A stretch of DNA of 64,000 nt from a virus (lineage: Duplodnaviria; Caudoviricetes), in IMG/VR virus record IMGVR_UViG_3300037067_003771, positions 1 through 64,000 of that record; one strand, written 5' to 3'. This document shows positions 9,574-19,590 of the stretch, in pieces (positions within the stretch are counted from its first letter, which is position 1; each line of letters starts with the position of its first letter). Both the position numbers and the translations under genes were made by a program. A model generated the notes under the pieces. That model made no database searches, was not told where the DNA came from, and saw only the letters and a list, made by a program, of their open reading frames with translations.

Positions 9574-10956
9574 TTAATTTCCACCATCAGTTATAAATCT
9601 AGGAACAAAACATTTTAATGATGTTATTGCAGTATCTAAACCTAATGTATCATCAGGCACATAACCAATCCAAGGATTTGTATATGTTCCCCTTGGTGTT
9701 GAATCCGGAATTATTGCTTTTACTATTTCTGAACTCCATTGAATTATATCCAATGAAAAATTATTTATTTTTGCAAAAATAGTACTTGTTGAATCTATCA
9801 AATTGGTTAAATAATATGTTAATGTGTCTAATCTTTTAATTTTTATTGGTGATATTGAATCAATAATTGTTGGTTCATTATATGAAAATGCCGCCCCCAG
9901 CATGAACACGCCATTTGTTGAATATGTGTTCTGGTTGGCATATATCAGTTTTATTTGATTCTCACTCCACACGCCAGTATATAATTGAACTTCATCAAGT
10001 TTTCCGTCAAATGCACTGCCAGTATTACCCAACATAAAATTATTAATTGCAGCCGATAATCTAGCTGGCACCGCTCCACCAACGTAGGTATTAAAACTAG
10101 ATACTTTCCCATTTCGAGCGTATCTAAAACGATTATTTGCCGTTTGTGTACTATCAAAAATTAAGGTCATCATTGTAAATTCAGTTGCAGGGAAAGAATC
10201 TATATACGCACTCTTAACTGCATATTTAGTACCAAGAGAATCGTACTCACAATACATCTTGCCATCAGTATAGGTATAAACCCGTGTTAAATTAGGAGCT
10301 ACTATGAAATAATCTATCTGATTAGCGACGTCTTGATTGAACCATAAGTTGACCGAGAATTTATAAGCACTTGTTAGCTGAGTAACTGGATACGAGCTAC
10401 TTGAGTTATTACCATTGAACTCAGCACATTTACCAATTTTTCCAGCTGATCCATATACTAAATTAGCATCAGTAGCAGTATAATTTTTAGATATGTCAAT
10501 TAATTTACCACCAGCAGTATCACCAGTAATACTTAAAAACACATCATCAGTGCCACCGTGTATATCCTGCCAAATAGCAACACCATTCTGACCCCCAGCC
10601 GTACCGCCAACTTGACCGTATAATAACGTACCACCAGTAAGCGCCGACTGAGCTGGGTCTTGTAAATAGCACTGAAATGGCTTAGTAATCACCGTACAGG
10701 GAACCGCTGAACCTACTGCTGTGGTCAATACGAAATCGGTATAGTTTACAGTGTCGGAACAATGTTTTAATAAGCTATCGAGTCCATAGCCGGATAACAC
10801 AAGAGGTACTTTTGTGTCTGCTGTGTACACATAATTCGTGTCCACTTTAATAGGTAAATAATGTGTAGACGCACCATATTTAACAGGAGCAGAAACAATT
10901 AACGTGTCAGAATATGTGAACATAAACATAAACAAAATAAACAATAAGTTTTTCAT
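9574..10956 (-). CDS. LamG/concanavalin A-like domain protein with signal-peptide-like N-terminus
   Basis: GKIGKCAEFNG, FSVNLWF, FDGKLDEVQLY LamG motifs; probable start MKNLLFILFMFMFTYS at 10956. Confidence 0.7.
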   Translation of the reverse strand: MKNLLFILFMFMFTYSDTLIVSAPVKYGASTHYLPIKVDTNYVYTADTKVPLVLSGYGLDSLLKHCSDTVNYTDFVLTTAVGSAVPCTVITKPFQCYLQDPAQSALTGGTLLYGQVGGTAGGQNGVAIWQDIHGGTDDVFLSITGDTAGGKLIDISKNYTATDANLVYGSAGKIGKCAEFNGNNSSSSYPVTQLTSAYKFSVNLWFNQDVANQIDYFIVAPNLTRVYTYTDGKMYCEYDSLGTKYAVKSAYIDSFPATEFTMMTLIFDSTQTANNRFRYARNGKVSSFNTYVGGAVPARLSAAINNFMLGNTGSAFDGKLDEVQLYTGVWSENQIKLIYANQNTYSTNGVFMLGAAFSYNEPTIIDSISPIKIKRLDTLTYYLTNLIDSTSTIFAKINNFSLDIIQWSSEIVKAIIPDSTPRGTYTNPWIGYVPDDTLGLDTAITSLKCFVPRFITDGGN

Positions 10957-10957
10957 T

Positions 10958-11308
10958 CTATTTTCCCACAATTTTAATTTTGTCTGGGACATCTATAATA
11001 TTTTCTTTTATATTATCGATTTCATTTTGATATTGTATTTTTTCATCATCATTCAAGTTGTTTGATAATAACACAACCGATTTTAGTTCGTCTAATTTAT
11101 TTCTAATAGAACTTTTATTTATATTTATTTGATTTTTTATTTCAATCACGTAATCATCATATTTTTTATATTTAATTTTAATGTCTTCAGATAAGTTATC
11201 ATATTCCTCAATATCCGGAACCTTTAATGTTGAATTTGCTTTTTTATATATTTCTAATTCTTCAGCCGCTTTAAATAATAAATATATTTTTTCTAATGTT
11301 TCTGCCAT
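10958..11308 (-). CDS. Hypothetical protein
   Basis: 116-aa ORF with AGGAG RBS. Confidence 0.6.
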   Translation of the reverse strand: MAETLEKIYLLFKAAEELEIYKKANSTLKVPDIEEYDNLSEDIKIKYKKYDDYVIEIKNQININKSSIRNKLDELKSVVLLSNNLNDDEKIQYQNEIDNIKENIIDVPDKIKIVGK

Positions 11309-11324
11309 TATATCTCCTTTACTT

Positions 11325-11954
11325 TTAAATTAAATGTTCTACTTTTATATCATAATTTAAGTATATTTTATAACCACATTCTTTTGCTAACATTGAAAAT
11401 CCAACATCTTCAAACATTAATTTGCAATATTCATTTCCATCTTTTTCTTTTTCAATTATAGGAAACCTAAACCACGGATAAGGTAACTTTTCAAACACTT
11501 CTTTTTTTATTAATAAACAACCAGCACCAACCCAATCAACAGTTTTTAATCCTTTAGTAGTATATATAGATTTTAAAGCATCATCAAAATTTCCATTTTT
11601 ATCATATTTAAAATTACCACCAACAATCAATTCTTTATTTTCTCTACTTTGATAAGCAGCCGAAATAATATCAACATCATATCTTAATAAATTTTTTATA
11701 TCTTCAACAGTTGCAACTATATCCGAATCTATGAATAAATAATGAGTAAAAATATCATTTATTTTTTGAAATTTTAAATCAGATTTATTTCCATTAATTA
11801 AATAATTTCTTGTTTGTGCTATTGCGGTTCCTCGTTCATATTGCCAAGCACAATTTAAATCAGAATCTAATAATGAATAAATTGAATTTAATGTTTTTTC
11901 TTCAATTATATTGTAAAATGGTGTACAAATTTTTATATCATGATAATAACACAT
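11325..11954 (-). CDS. GT-A fold (GT2-like) glycosyltransferase
   Basis: ICTPFY; IAQTRNYLI; THYLFIDSD (DXD); VDWVGAGCLLIKKEVFEKL; EDVGF; C-terminal VEH. Confidence 0.85.
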   Translation of the reverse strand: MCYYHDIKICTPFYNIIEEKTLNSIYSLLDSDLNCAWQYERGTAIAQTRNYLINGNKSDLKFQKINDIFTHYLFIDSDIVATVEDIKNLLRYDVDIISAAYQSRENKELIVGGNFKYDKNGNFDDALKSIYTTKGLKTVDWVGAGCLLIKKEVFEKLPYPWFRFPIIEKEKDGNEYCKLMFEDVGFSMLAKECGYKIYLNYDIKVEHLI

Positions 11955-11972
11955 AAACAGTCTTTCTCAAAA

Positions 11973-13319
11973 TTAAACTACTTCATAAAAAAACGATCCT
12001 GCCGCACCTTTATCGCCAGATGTTGTCCAATTGTCATCACCCAAAACCGAAAAACCATTACCTTTTGATATTATAATTGTACCATTGGCACCTTCATATG
12101 ATAATGTTGCCGGAGTATCCGAACCATCATCTTTTGCTGGTACAATGCCACACATTGGCCCACTACCACCCACGGCATCAACAGAAAATCTAGGATTTGA
12201 CGGTAAGGTAAAAGTAAATTTATTACTATCACTTGTACCAACAATATAAAATTCACAAAATAATGTTCTACCAAGATATTTATAATAAATATGTTTTGCT
12301 GTTGTTGATGCAAAACCCGACAAATTACAAGAATCACTATGTTCTGTCCAAGGAACGGTATATATGTCTGGATAACCACCCGTAACATCAACATAAACAC
12401 AATCAGTTCCACTAACACCCAAACTTAATGGTTTTGCACTAGAACCGCTTGTATTGATTTTAACATAATCTGTGGTATCAGAAATCATTATTGTTGCAGA
12501 TGTGGTTCCAATTTCTAATTGAGTATTTAAAAAATCACCTCTAATTAATGAATTATTTTCATTTCTTATTTCTAATCTATCATCAATAGTATTTTGATAT
12601 CCTGATTTTTTTCCAATATTAACACAATCATCAGCACTTGCCATGTATCCTGAATAAAAACCTAAATTTATATTACGTTTTCCTACGCCTCTATAATTAG
12701 CAATATCACCAATAGAAATAGTATCATCAGCACTAGCTATATAATTTGTATTATAACCAAAGCCAAAATTATTTGTTCCACTTAATTGATAATTAGAAGT
12801 ATCGCCAACACCTATATTTTTAGCGCCAATTAATTCATAATTTGCTTTATTTCCCAAAGATATATTTTTTGATCCACTAGAATAATATCCTGCTTGATAC
12901 CCTTCATGTATACCACCATTAGAGTCCGCCCCATTTGAACTTTGATATCCAGCATAAGGCCCAACATTAATTGCTGGATATGTAGCATCATTTCCGGCAT
13001 GATGACCAATATTTATTGAATTTTCTGCTCTATTAGTTGCTGAAGTTTTACCATCTTCGCCGTCAGAATCAGGTTTAACTGATATTACAATAGTATTATC
13101 GTCACAATAAATTCTTTTAAATCGTACTACTTCATCTATTCCAGCAAATCTAGTAACAGCACTAGTAATACTATCTTTTCCACCCCAAAAACCAGCACTA
13201 GTATTAGGATAAAAATATGACAATGTGCTGTTACTTTCAAATCCAATTTGTTTAGGATTAACCGCACTTAAATTTTCAGTTTCTATATGTAAAATTCGTC
13301 TTGCTGCTGATGTACTCAT
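11973..13319 (-). CDS. Tail fibre/adhesin with YadA-head-like repeats
   Basis: Tandem 14-aa N(I/V)x(I/L/V)G..A.Y repeats followed by a fibre-tip-like domain. Confidence 0.7.
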   Translation of the reverse strand: MSTSAARRILHIETENLSAVNPKQIGFESNSTLSYFYPNTSAGFWGGKDSITSAVTRFAGIDEVVRFKRIYCDDNTIVISVKPDSDGEDGKTSATNRAENSINIGHHAGNDATYPAINVGPYAGYQSSNGADSNGGIHEGYQAGYYSSGSKNISLGNKANYELIGAKNIGVGDTSNYQLSGTNNFGFGYNTNYIASADDTISIGDIANYRGVGKRNINLGFYSGYMASADDCVNIGKKSGYQNTIDDRLEIRNENNSLIRGDFLNTQLEIGTTSATIMISDTTDYVKINTSGSSAKPLSLGVSGTDCVYVDVTGGYPDIYTVPWTEHSDSCNLSGFASTTAKHIYYKYLGRTLFCEFYIVGTSDSNKFTFTLPSNPRFSVDAVGGSGPMCGIVPAKDDGSDTPATLSYEGANGTIIISKGNGFSVLGDDNWTTSGDKGAAGSFFYEVV

Positions 13320-13332
13320 TGACTTTTCCTAT

Positions 13333-14541
13333 CTAAATACATGGTGGATTTATTGCATCTTGTAAAATTATCTCTCCGTCTATTGAATCTTGAATGATAT
13401 ATGTTTCGGTATAACTATCTTGAATAATACATTCTTCTTCTATACAAGTATTTATATATTCTGATCTATTATATCCAAATAAACCAGTTTCATATTCTGA
13501 ATATGCTGAAAAACCATACCCTGGATTTGCCGGACATGAAATTCCTTCAAATGGTTCAATTTTATCTTTATTTAAAATAACATAACTTAAAGATTTATTA
13601 TAAAGGTCGCTCCCACTTAAAAATGGGAATATATCATAATCAACAAAATCCCACGAATATTGATTATTAAAAACGTCTGTTGAACCAAAAGTATAGCCTT
13701 TGTTATAATATTCATTAATTAAATCTATTGACTCAGTGAAAACTGTATTTAAAAAAGTTAATTCAACATCAGGACTTGAAATATTTACATATCCCAAATT
13801 GTGCGTTACTGTATCAACAAAACTTGTAAACATTTCTTCATTGTTTGTCCCCAAACCAATATTTTCATAATTTATTCCTAGTCCTAAACATGGGGAATTT
13901 GCTGAAAGAAAAAAACTATCATATGCAGAAGTATCATAATTAGTTCCATCTAAATATTTTAAAATCAACGGATCGTTATCAAAGATACTATGTTCATCAG
14001 CACCAACAATTTCACTTTGATAAACATAATCACCGAAATTATAAAAACAATTATTGTCTATAACGCATTTATCGTAGTTTGTAATATTCAACGCAAAATT
14101 ACTTGTAATTTCAGACCGCCCATAAAAAATATTATTATGAATTTCAAAATCAGTTTCAATGTCCTCTGCATCTACCCAAACACAACTAATTCCCGTTGCT
14201 CCTGCCAAATTATCAACAACAAACAAATTATTTTTTATTTTTACTTTATTTGTTCCACTTAGTGAAGACAAAACGCCAACAGTATTATCTGCTCTTAAAA
14301 TAAAAACATTTTTTTCAATGTCAATAGTCTCATATTCACCATCAAGAGTCACACCATAAAATTGTTGTGTGTCAGAAAAATTATAACATAAATTTTCTTT
14401 TATTCTAATTCCATTACACATAGCAGAAGAATCTAACTGTATGACAGTTAAATCCGTGACGGTTTCAGACGTATCATTAATAGAAAAAGAATTATTATTA
14501 ATATTACATTTATTTGAATTTAAAATATTTATTACATTCAT
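13333..14541 (-). CDS. Right-handed beta-helix virion protein
   Basis: Recurrent IxNN(x)F stacks and the LSANSPCLGLG cap motif. Confidence 0.6.
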   Translation of the reverse strand: MNVINILNSNKCNINNNSFSINDTSETVTDLTVIQLDSSAMCNGIRIKENLCYNFSDTQQFYGVTLDGEYETIDIEKNVFILRADNTVGVLSSLSGTNKVKIKNNLFVVDNLAGATGISCVWVDAEDIETDFEIHNNIFYGRSEITSNFALNITNYDKCVIDNNCFYNFGDYVYQSEIVGADEHSIFDNDPLILKYLDGTNYDTSAYDSFFLSANSPCLGLGINYENIGLGTNNEEMFTSFVDTVTHNLGYVNISSPDVELTFLNTVFTESIDLINEYYNKGYTFGSTDVFNNQYSWDFVDYDIFPFLSGSDLYNKSLSYVILNKDKIEPFEGISCPANPGYGFSAYSEYETGLFGYNRSEYINTCIEEECIIQDSYTETYIIQDSIDGEIILQDAINPPCI

Positions 14542-14542
14542 T

Positions 14543-15088
14543 TTATTCAGGTTCTTCTATAGAAAAATTAAAAATATTATTTTGTGTGTTTATAAATGTA
14601 GAATTTTCTATTTTTATAACGTCAGAATTATTTGAATAATCTGTTGTTGAAAACTCATTATCATTAATATTTATATTATTTGTATTTAAAACATAAACAA
14701 ATTTTCCACTATTTGATGTTTTGTATAAATGTAAATGTTTTAATACCGATCCGTTTGCATATAAACCTTCAAATTTTATACCATTTCCACTAGGTTTCAA
14801 ATATATTTTAGGTCTAACATTATAATCACTATCAGCGACAATATTAACTCTAACATTTATATTGATGTCGTATGATGTATCAACAACAGAATATTGATTT
14901 ATTGATGCCAAATCATTTGCGTTTTTTACCGGATTAAAAATTCTTATATAATCATTATCCATCAAATTAATTTTTGTTGCTGGATCAATTAATAATTCAT
15001 AAAAATTTTTAGCTCCCTTTTCCCTAACATTATATGGAAATGTCCCACTAGAGGCTTTATTTGCTCCATTTATAAAATAATATGCCAT
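14543..15088 (-). CDS. Beta-helix N-terminal-like virion protein
   Basis: MAYYF...SGTFPY...GA start; NINxNEF/NNIF stacks. Confidence 0.5.
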   Translation of the reverse strand: MAYYFINGANKASSGTFPYNVREKGAKNFYELLIDPATKINLMDNDYIRIFNPVKNANDLASINQYSVVDTSYDININVRVNIVADSDYNVRPKIYLKPSGNGIKFEGLYANGSVLKHLHLYKTSNSGKFVYVLNTNNININDNEFSTTDYSNNSDVIKIENSTFINTQNNIFNFSIEEPE

Positions 15089-18000
15089 TATATATCCCCT
15101 AATTCTATCACACCTAATTCAGATTTTAATGTACATCCAACCAATTCTTTATATGTATAATCTCTATTTTTCCATGATGTGTTTTTTAATCTTACATAAC
15201 CCAAATTAAAACTATTAACATACCCATGCCACACAATAAACATGTCATATGCTAATGATAATGATAAATTTGGTGTAAAATAATTATTATAATCAGTCGT
15301 TTCTTTTATATTATACACAATTCCGTTTGAAATTTTAGAACCAGCAAAAGAAATTTCTTTTTCTTCTGAAAAAGGAGATGCTGTATGAACATCAACAATC
15401 AACATCCAAGGGCCATATAAACTTAAATCCCAACCGTCAACTTCATAATACATCCCAGAATTAAGTCTAAGCGTGGAATACAAAGTTCTAAAACCTTTAC
15501 ATAAAAATTTATCATTGTAATTACCATTTCCATTTTCTTCAACCCTTTCTTTAAATAAACTATATGATAACGGATAATCTTCTGAACCACCAACATATGG
15601 CAATCCAAATTTAGATTGTAATTTCATATAACCAAATCCACAATATTCATTTGTGTCTACATAGAGTAATAATTTACTATCTTCATAGTCTATATATTCC
15701 TCATCGAATACCGCAGTTTCAATCCAAGTTAAGCCATCAAGAGAATAATAAAACTTCAATCCGATAGTATCTATAACAATTGGAGTATGTACTATTTTTA
15801 TTTTTAATTCTCTTAGCGAATTCACACAACGCAAATCTCTAGTCAACCCACATTTTTTTAAATCATATTTCACATATCTCACGGTTTCATCATAATAATA
15901 AATTTTTATTCTATCATTATTATAATCCCATTGTATTTTTAAAACATTATTTGAATCGGAACTCAAATTAAAATATGGGTTATAATCTCTATTATTTCTT
16001 ATAAAAGAAAACTCAAATTCAAAATCATAATGCACATATTCAGTTACTAATAATGTTGGTGTGCTTGCACTAGGACAATATGCTATATTATCATCCCACA
16101 TATCCTGTGTTGTATAATTAGTTTTAAATTGAGTAGACCACCCAACATCAAGGCCATCTTCAAAATCATCATAAATTACAGTCTCTTTTGTCCACCAAAC
16201 ATCTTTATCATATATTTCATTTAAATTTACATAATATTCATCTTGAACATTATTATATATTTCTAATGGAAATCCTTTATAATATATTGCACCATCTTTT
16301 TTTCTTGTTGCAAAATAAACATTATATGTTCCAGAAGAATTATACCTATTTGTGTTTGTATATATTCCTCCCGATGTAGAAAATAAACCAAAATTATTAT
16401 CCAAATAAAAATTTTCTAAATTTAAATTATCTTCATCAAAATCTTCACCCCAAGAAGTAAACACAACAAATTCATTATCACTATTACTATTATTAACCGC
16501 AGACACAGTTATTTCATCAAAACAATGTGCTGATGTTGCCGAGACATAAAAGTCATTATATCCATCTGATGAAGTAACAAACAGAAAAACATCAAAATCA
16601 AAATTTCCGTCTGATTTTACTAAAAATGGGTATTGACTATTTACTTGATACCAATCATTTTTTGAATGTAATTTCACATTTATATTGTAAATTCCATAAT
16701 CATCATATGAGTGTTGAATTCCACCTGATGTAATTGCTGAAGTTGCCGAATCATCAAAATCCCACTCATAATATGAAGGATAATATGTGCTTTCATATGC
16801 AGAACTTCTATTTACAAACGTAACATTTTCACCAATATCAGATGCTGATAATGAAGCAGAAACATAAAATTGTGGTGTTCTATTAAATGTTAAAGGGCCA
16901 ACACCATCTCTCAATTCACTAAAAACATAATTTTTATTATTATAATCACCAAGAGAATTATAATTATTTTTTGGTGTTCCGGATATCGAAATGTCAATCC
17001 AATTATTATGTAAATAATTAAAATTGTTTTCTTGACTTAATGTTGCCAAATTAGAATTAAAAATAGATGGTATAGAAAAACCAAATTCATTATTTCCTTG
17101 TTCAGATAATAAATTATAATATTTGACATAAACATCATCACCAATAGCACTCAATTCTGAAGTAAACACACAACTATCAACATTTAAATTTATTTTTAAA
17201 TCATTAAAATTAACATAACTTGAACTTTCACCACCAACAGATTCTGCATAAGAAGTATTATTAAATACCTGACTTTTTATTATCTGCCACTTATCTTCAT
17301 TAGGATATCCAACAAACTCATCAACACCAACCACAATACTATTTAAAATTGTATAATTGCAATTTTCACATTTATCGTTTATTACCGCCATTGAACCACT
17401 TAATGATTTATTATTTAATAAACAATAATCAATAATCACATTATTATAATTTTTAAATTCAAACGAATTAATATCTTCATCTACATTAGCTTTTTTATTT
17501 GTATAAAATTTATCATTAATTAATCTTAATGTGTTATTTTCTCTATAAACAATATCAACATCATCTCCAAATGAAAATGCTGAACATCCACCACTAACCT
17601 GAAAATTACCATTCGATATCTCTACATCATCATCATTTGTAATGAAATTAACTAAATCAATACTTTCATCAGAATAAATCGTTATTGTATATGGCGTTTG
17701 ATTAATATTAAAATTATCTTTCCAATTTGTTATTTTTATTTTTCTATTTTTGTGCGGTGTTTCTAAAAAAGTATTGTTTCCTAATAACCCCTTTGTGCTT
17801 GAACCAACTATACCCAAACCAACATTACCAGACAAATAAAAATTCTGATCAAAATCATGATCATATTGTAAATATTCTCTAAATTGATTCAAATTTAATG
17901 GATTAGATTTTAATCCTGTTTTAGTGTAATCATTACAAACAACGACATCATTATCATCCAATACCGAACTAGCCGATGTGGTTCTATTTAAATTCACATA

Positions 18001-18432
18001 AATATCTGTATATGTGTTTATTAAATTATTTGTATTTTGTATTGTTCTTTTTGCATTTGTATTATAAGTAATCGATGTTGAACCTGAACCACTAACAACA
18101 AAATCAACATAATCAATATCATCTCTATATTCATCCACACCAACGTCATATTCTACTGAATATCGACCAACACCAGAAACCGACAAAGAAGAATCCCATG
18201 TATATTGATATACCCCAGGAGACAATGTAGAATCAACGGCACTCATAGATTCCGCTTGTGTTGTCCAACCTGTGTTTTTAAATGTATTATCATTAAAATC
18301 TAAATAATAACTATCATTTAAATTTCTTATTGATAATGTTGGCGATAATCCACTTACACCATTACCCAACCAATCAGTAACAAATAATTCTAAATACACA
18401 TCTTCATTTAAATATGATTCTATTGTTATCAT
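15088..18432 (-). CDS. Large virion protein with PKD domain(s)
   Basis: VTFVNRS...YEWDFDD...HSYDDYGIYNINV PKD motif; 1114 aa. Confidence 0.65.
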   Translation of the reverse strand: MITIESYLNEDVYLELFVTDWLGNGVSGLSPTLSIRNLNDSYYLDFNDNTFKNTGWTTQAESMSAVDSTLSPGVYQYTWDSSLSVSGVGRYSVEYDVGVDEYRDDIDYVDFVVSGSGSTSITYNTNAKRTIQNTNNLINTYTDIYVNLNRTTSASSVLDDNDVVVCNDYTKTGLKSNPLNLNQFREYLQYDHDFDQNFYLSGNVGLGIVGSSTKGLLGNNTFLETPHKNRKIKITNWKDNFNINQTPYTITIYSDESIDLVNFITNDDDVEISNGNFQVSGGCSAFSFGDDVDIVYRENNTLRLINDKFYTNKKANVDEDINSFEFKNYNNVIIDYCLLNNKSLSGSMAVINDKCENCNYTILNSIVVGVDEFVGYPNEDKWQIIKSQVFNNTSYAESVGGESSSYVNFNDLKINLNVDSCVFTSELSAIGDDVYVKYYNLLSEQGNNEFGFSIPSIFNSNLATLSQENNFNYLHNNWIDISISGTPKNNYNSLGDYNNKNYVFSELRDGVGPLTFNRTPQFYVSASLSASDIGENVTFVNRSSAYESTYYPSYYEWDFDDSATSAITSGGIQHSYDDYGIYNINVKLHSKNDWYQVNSQYPFLVKSDGNFDFDVFLFVTSSDGYNDFYVSATSAHCFDEITVSAVNNSNSDNEFVVFTSWGEDFDEDNLNLENFYLDNNFGLFSTSGGIYTNTNRYNSSGTYNVYFATRKKDGAIYYKGFPLEIYNNVQDEYYVNLNEIYDKDVWWTKETVIYDDFEDGLDVGWSTQFKTNYTTQDMWDDNIAYCPSASTPTLLVTEYVHYDFEFEFSFIRNNRDYNPYFNLSSDSNNVLKIQWDYNNDRIKIYYYDETVRYVKYDLKKCGLTRDLRCVNSLRELKIKIVHTPIVIDTIGLKFYYSLDGLTWIETAVFDEEYIDYEDSKLLLYVDTNEYCGFGYMKLQSKFGLPYVGGSEDYPLSYSLFKERVEENGNGNYNDKFLCKGFRTLYSTLRLNSGMYYEVDGWDLSLYGPWMLIVDVHTASPFSEEKEISFAGSKISNGIVYNIKETTDYNNYFTPNLSLSLAYDMFIVWHGYVNSFNLGYVRLKNTSWKNRDYTYKELVGCTLKSELGVIELGDI

Positions 18433-18464
18433 TTTACGTTTTCGGTTTATGTTTAAAAACTATT

Positions 18465-19580
18465 TTATTCTTCAATCATATCTGTTATAAAATAAACCAT
18501 ATCTTTAGGAATTGCATCTAACTCATTGCCATTTATTTTATACTTATAAATATTTATAGTTTCTGTTTCTGATAAAAATTTATTAAGTGTCTCTATATCA
18601 TTTTTATAATCAACAGATATTTTTTGAACATCATTATTAAAAATAGACACCACTTCACCTTCTAATATTTCTTTTTTATCAACTTTAGTTTTTAATTCTT
18701 CTCTCAACATATTAACTTTTTCATTAAACTCTTTTAAAATAATAGATTTTGTTTCTTCTATTGCATCAACAAAATTATTAGTTTCCTTTAGATTTAACGA
18801 CAACTTATATGAAAAATTAAATGGGATTTTTATTTCCTCATCTTCATATATTTTTTTAATAACATTATAAAAATTTAAAATGTCAATTTTCTTCATTTCA
18901 ATGTTCATATTTTTTCTCCTTAAAAATGGTAATGATTCTCGTTTTACAAAAACATTTTTATTTACATAAATTATTTCGTCTATCAATTTAAGATTATCAC
19001 AAAAACCTATATCTTCACCAACAAATTTGCCCGATCTTTTTGGATAAAAATAAAAATCAACTATTGGGGCGGGTTTTTCCCCACCATCAGTTATTTTTGT
19101 TCTATTTAACATCTTTTTAAATACACAAGATTTTATTAAATAAAATCCTGTTCCAATATTTCCAACCGATATTATTTTATTCTCTACTATTTCATTCTCT
19201 AAATAAATTTCTTTTTCATTATGGTCATACTCAAAAAATGACGCATATTTATTAGCCAACAAATACCACCCAGAAGCAATATTAACGTCCATATCCAACA
19301 GAATATTAAAATCCTTTGTCGTGAACATTTTTCTATTATCAACACACAAAAACCCATCAAAATATTCCAATGCCGATCCGATATAATTATCACAAGTCCC
19401 CATTAATAATGGATGATTAATCCCTAAAATTCTATTTGCTGCTATAGTAGAACCGTAAACCGGAAAAATTTCAAATTGTATATCCGTTCTATTTCTAACT
19501 AATTCATTGATCGATTGCGCCGTGCCTTTTGATAACGTCACATCACACGGCATAGGTATAATTATTCTAATCTTTTTCAT
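18465..19580 (-). CDS. GT2-like glycosyltransferase fused in frame to a helical domain
   Basis: IIIPMP; IAANR; FLCVDNR (degenerate DXD); VGNIGTGFYLIKSCVFKKM; GEDIGFC; internal AAGGAG-ATG at 18908. Confidence 0.7.
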   Translation of the reverse strand: MKKIRIIIPMPCDVTLSKGTAQSINELVRNRTDIQFEIFPVYGSTIAANRILGINHPLLMGTCDNYIGSALEYFDGFLCVDNRKMFTTKDFNILLDMDVNIASGWYLLANKYASFFEYDHNEKEIYLENEIVENKIISVGNIGTGFYLIKSCVFKKMLNRTKITDGGEKPAPIVDFYFYPKRSGKFVGEDIGFCDNLKLIDEIIYVNKNVFVKRESLPFLRRKNMNIEMKKIDILNFYNVIKKIYEDEEIKIPFNFSYKLSLNLKETNNFVDAIEETKSIILKEFNEKVNMLREELKTKVDKKEILEGEVVSIFNNDVQKISVDYKNDIETLNKFLSETETINIYKYKINGNELDAIPKDMVYFITDMIEE

Positions 19581-19590
19581 ATATCTCTAT

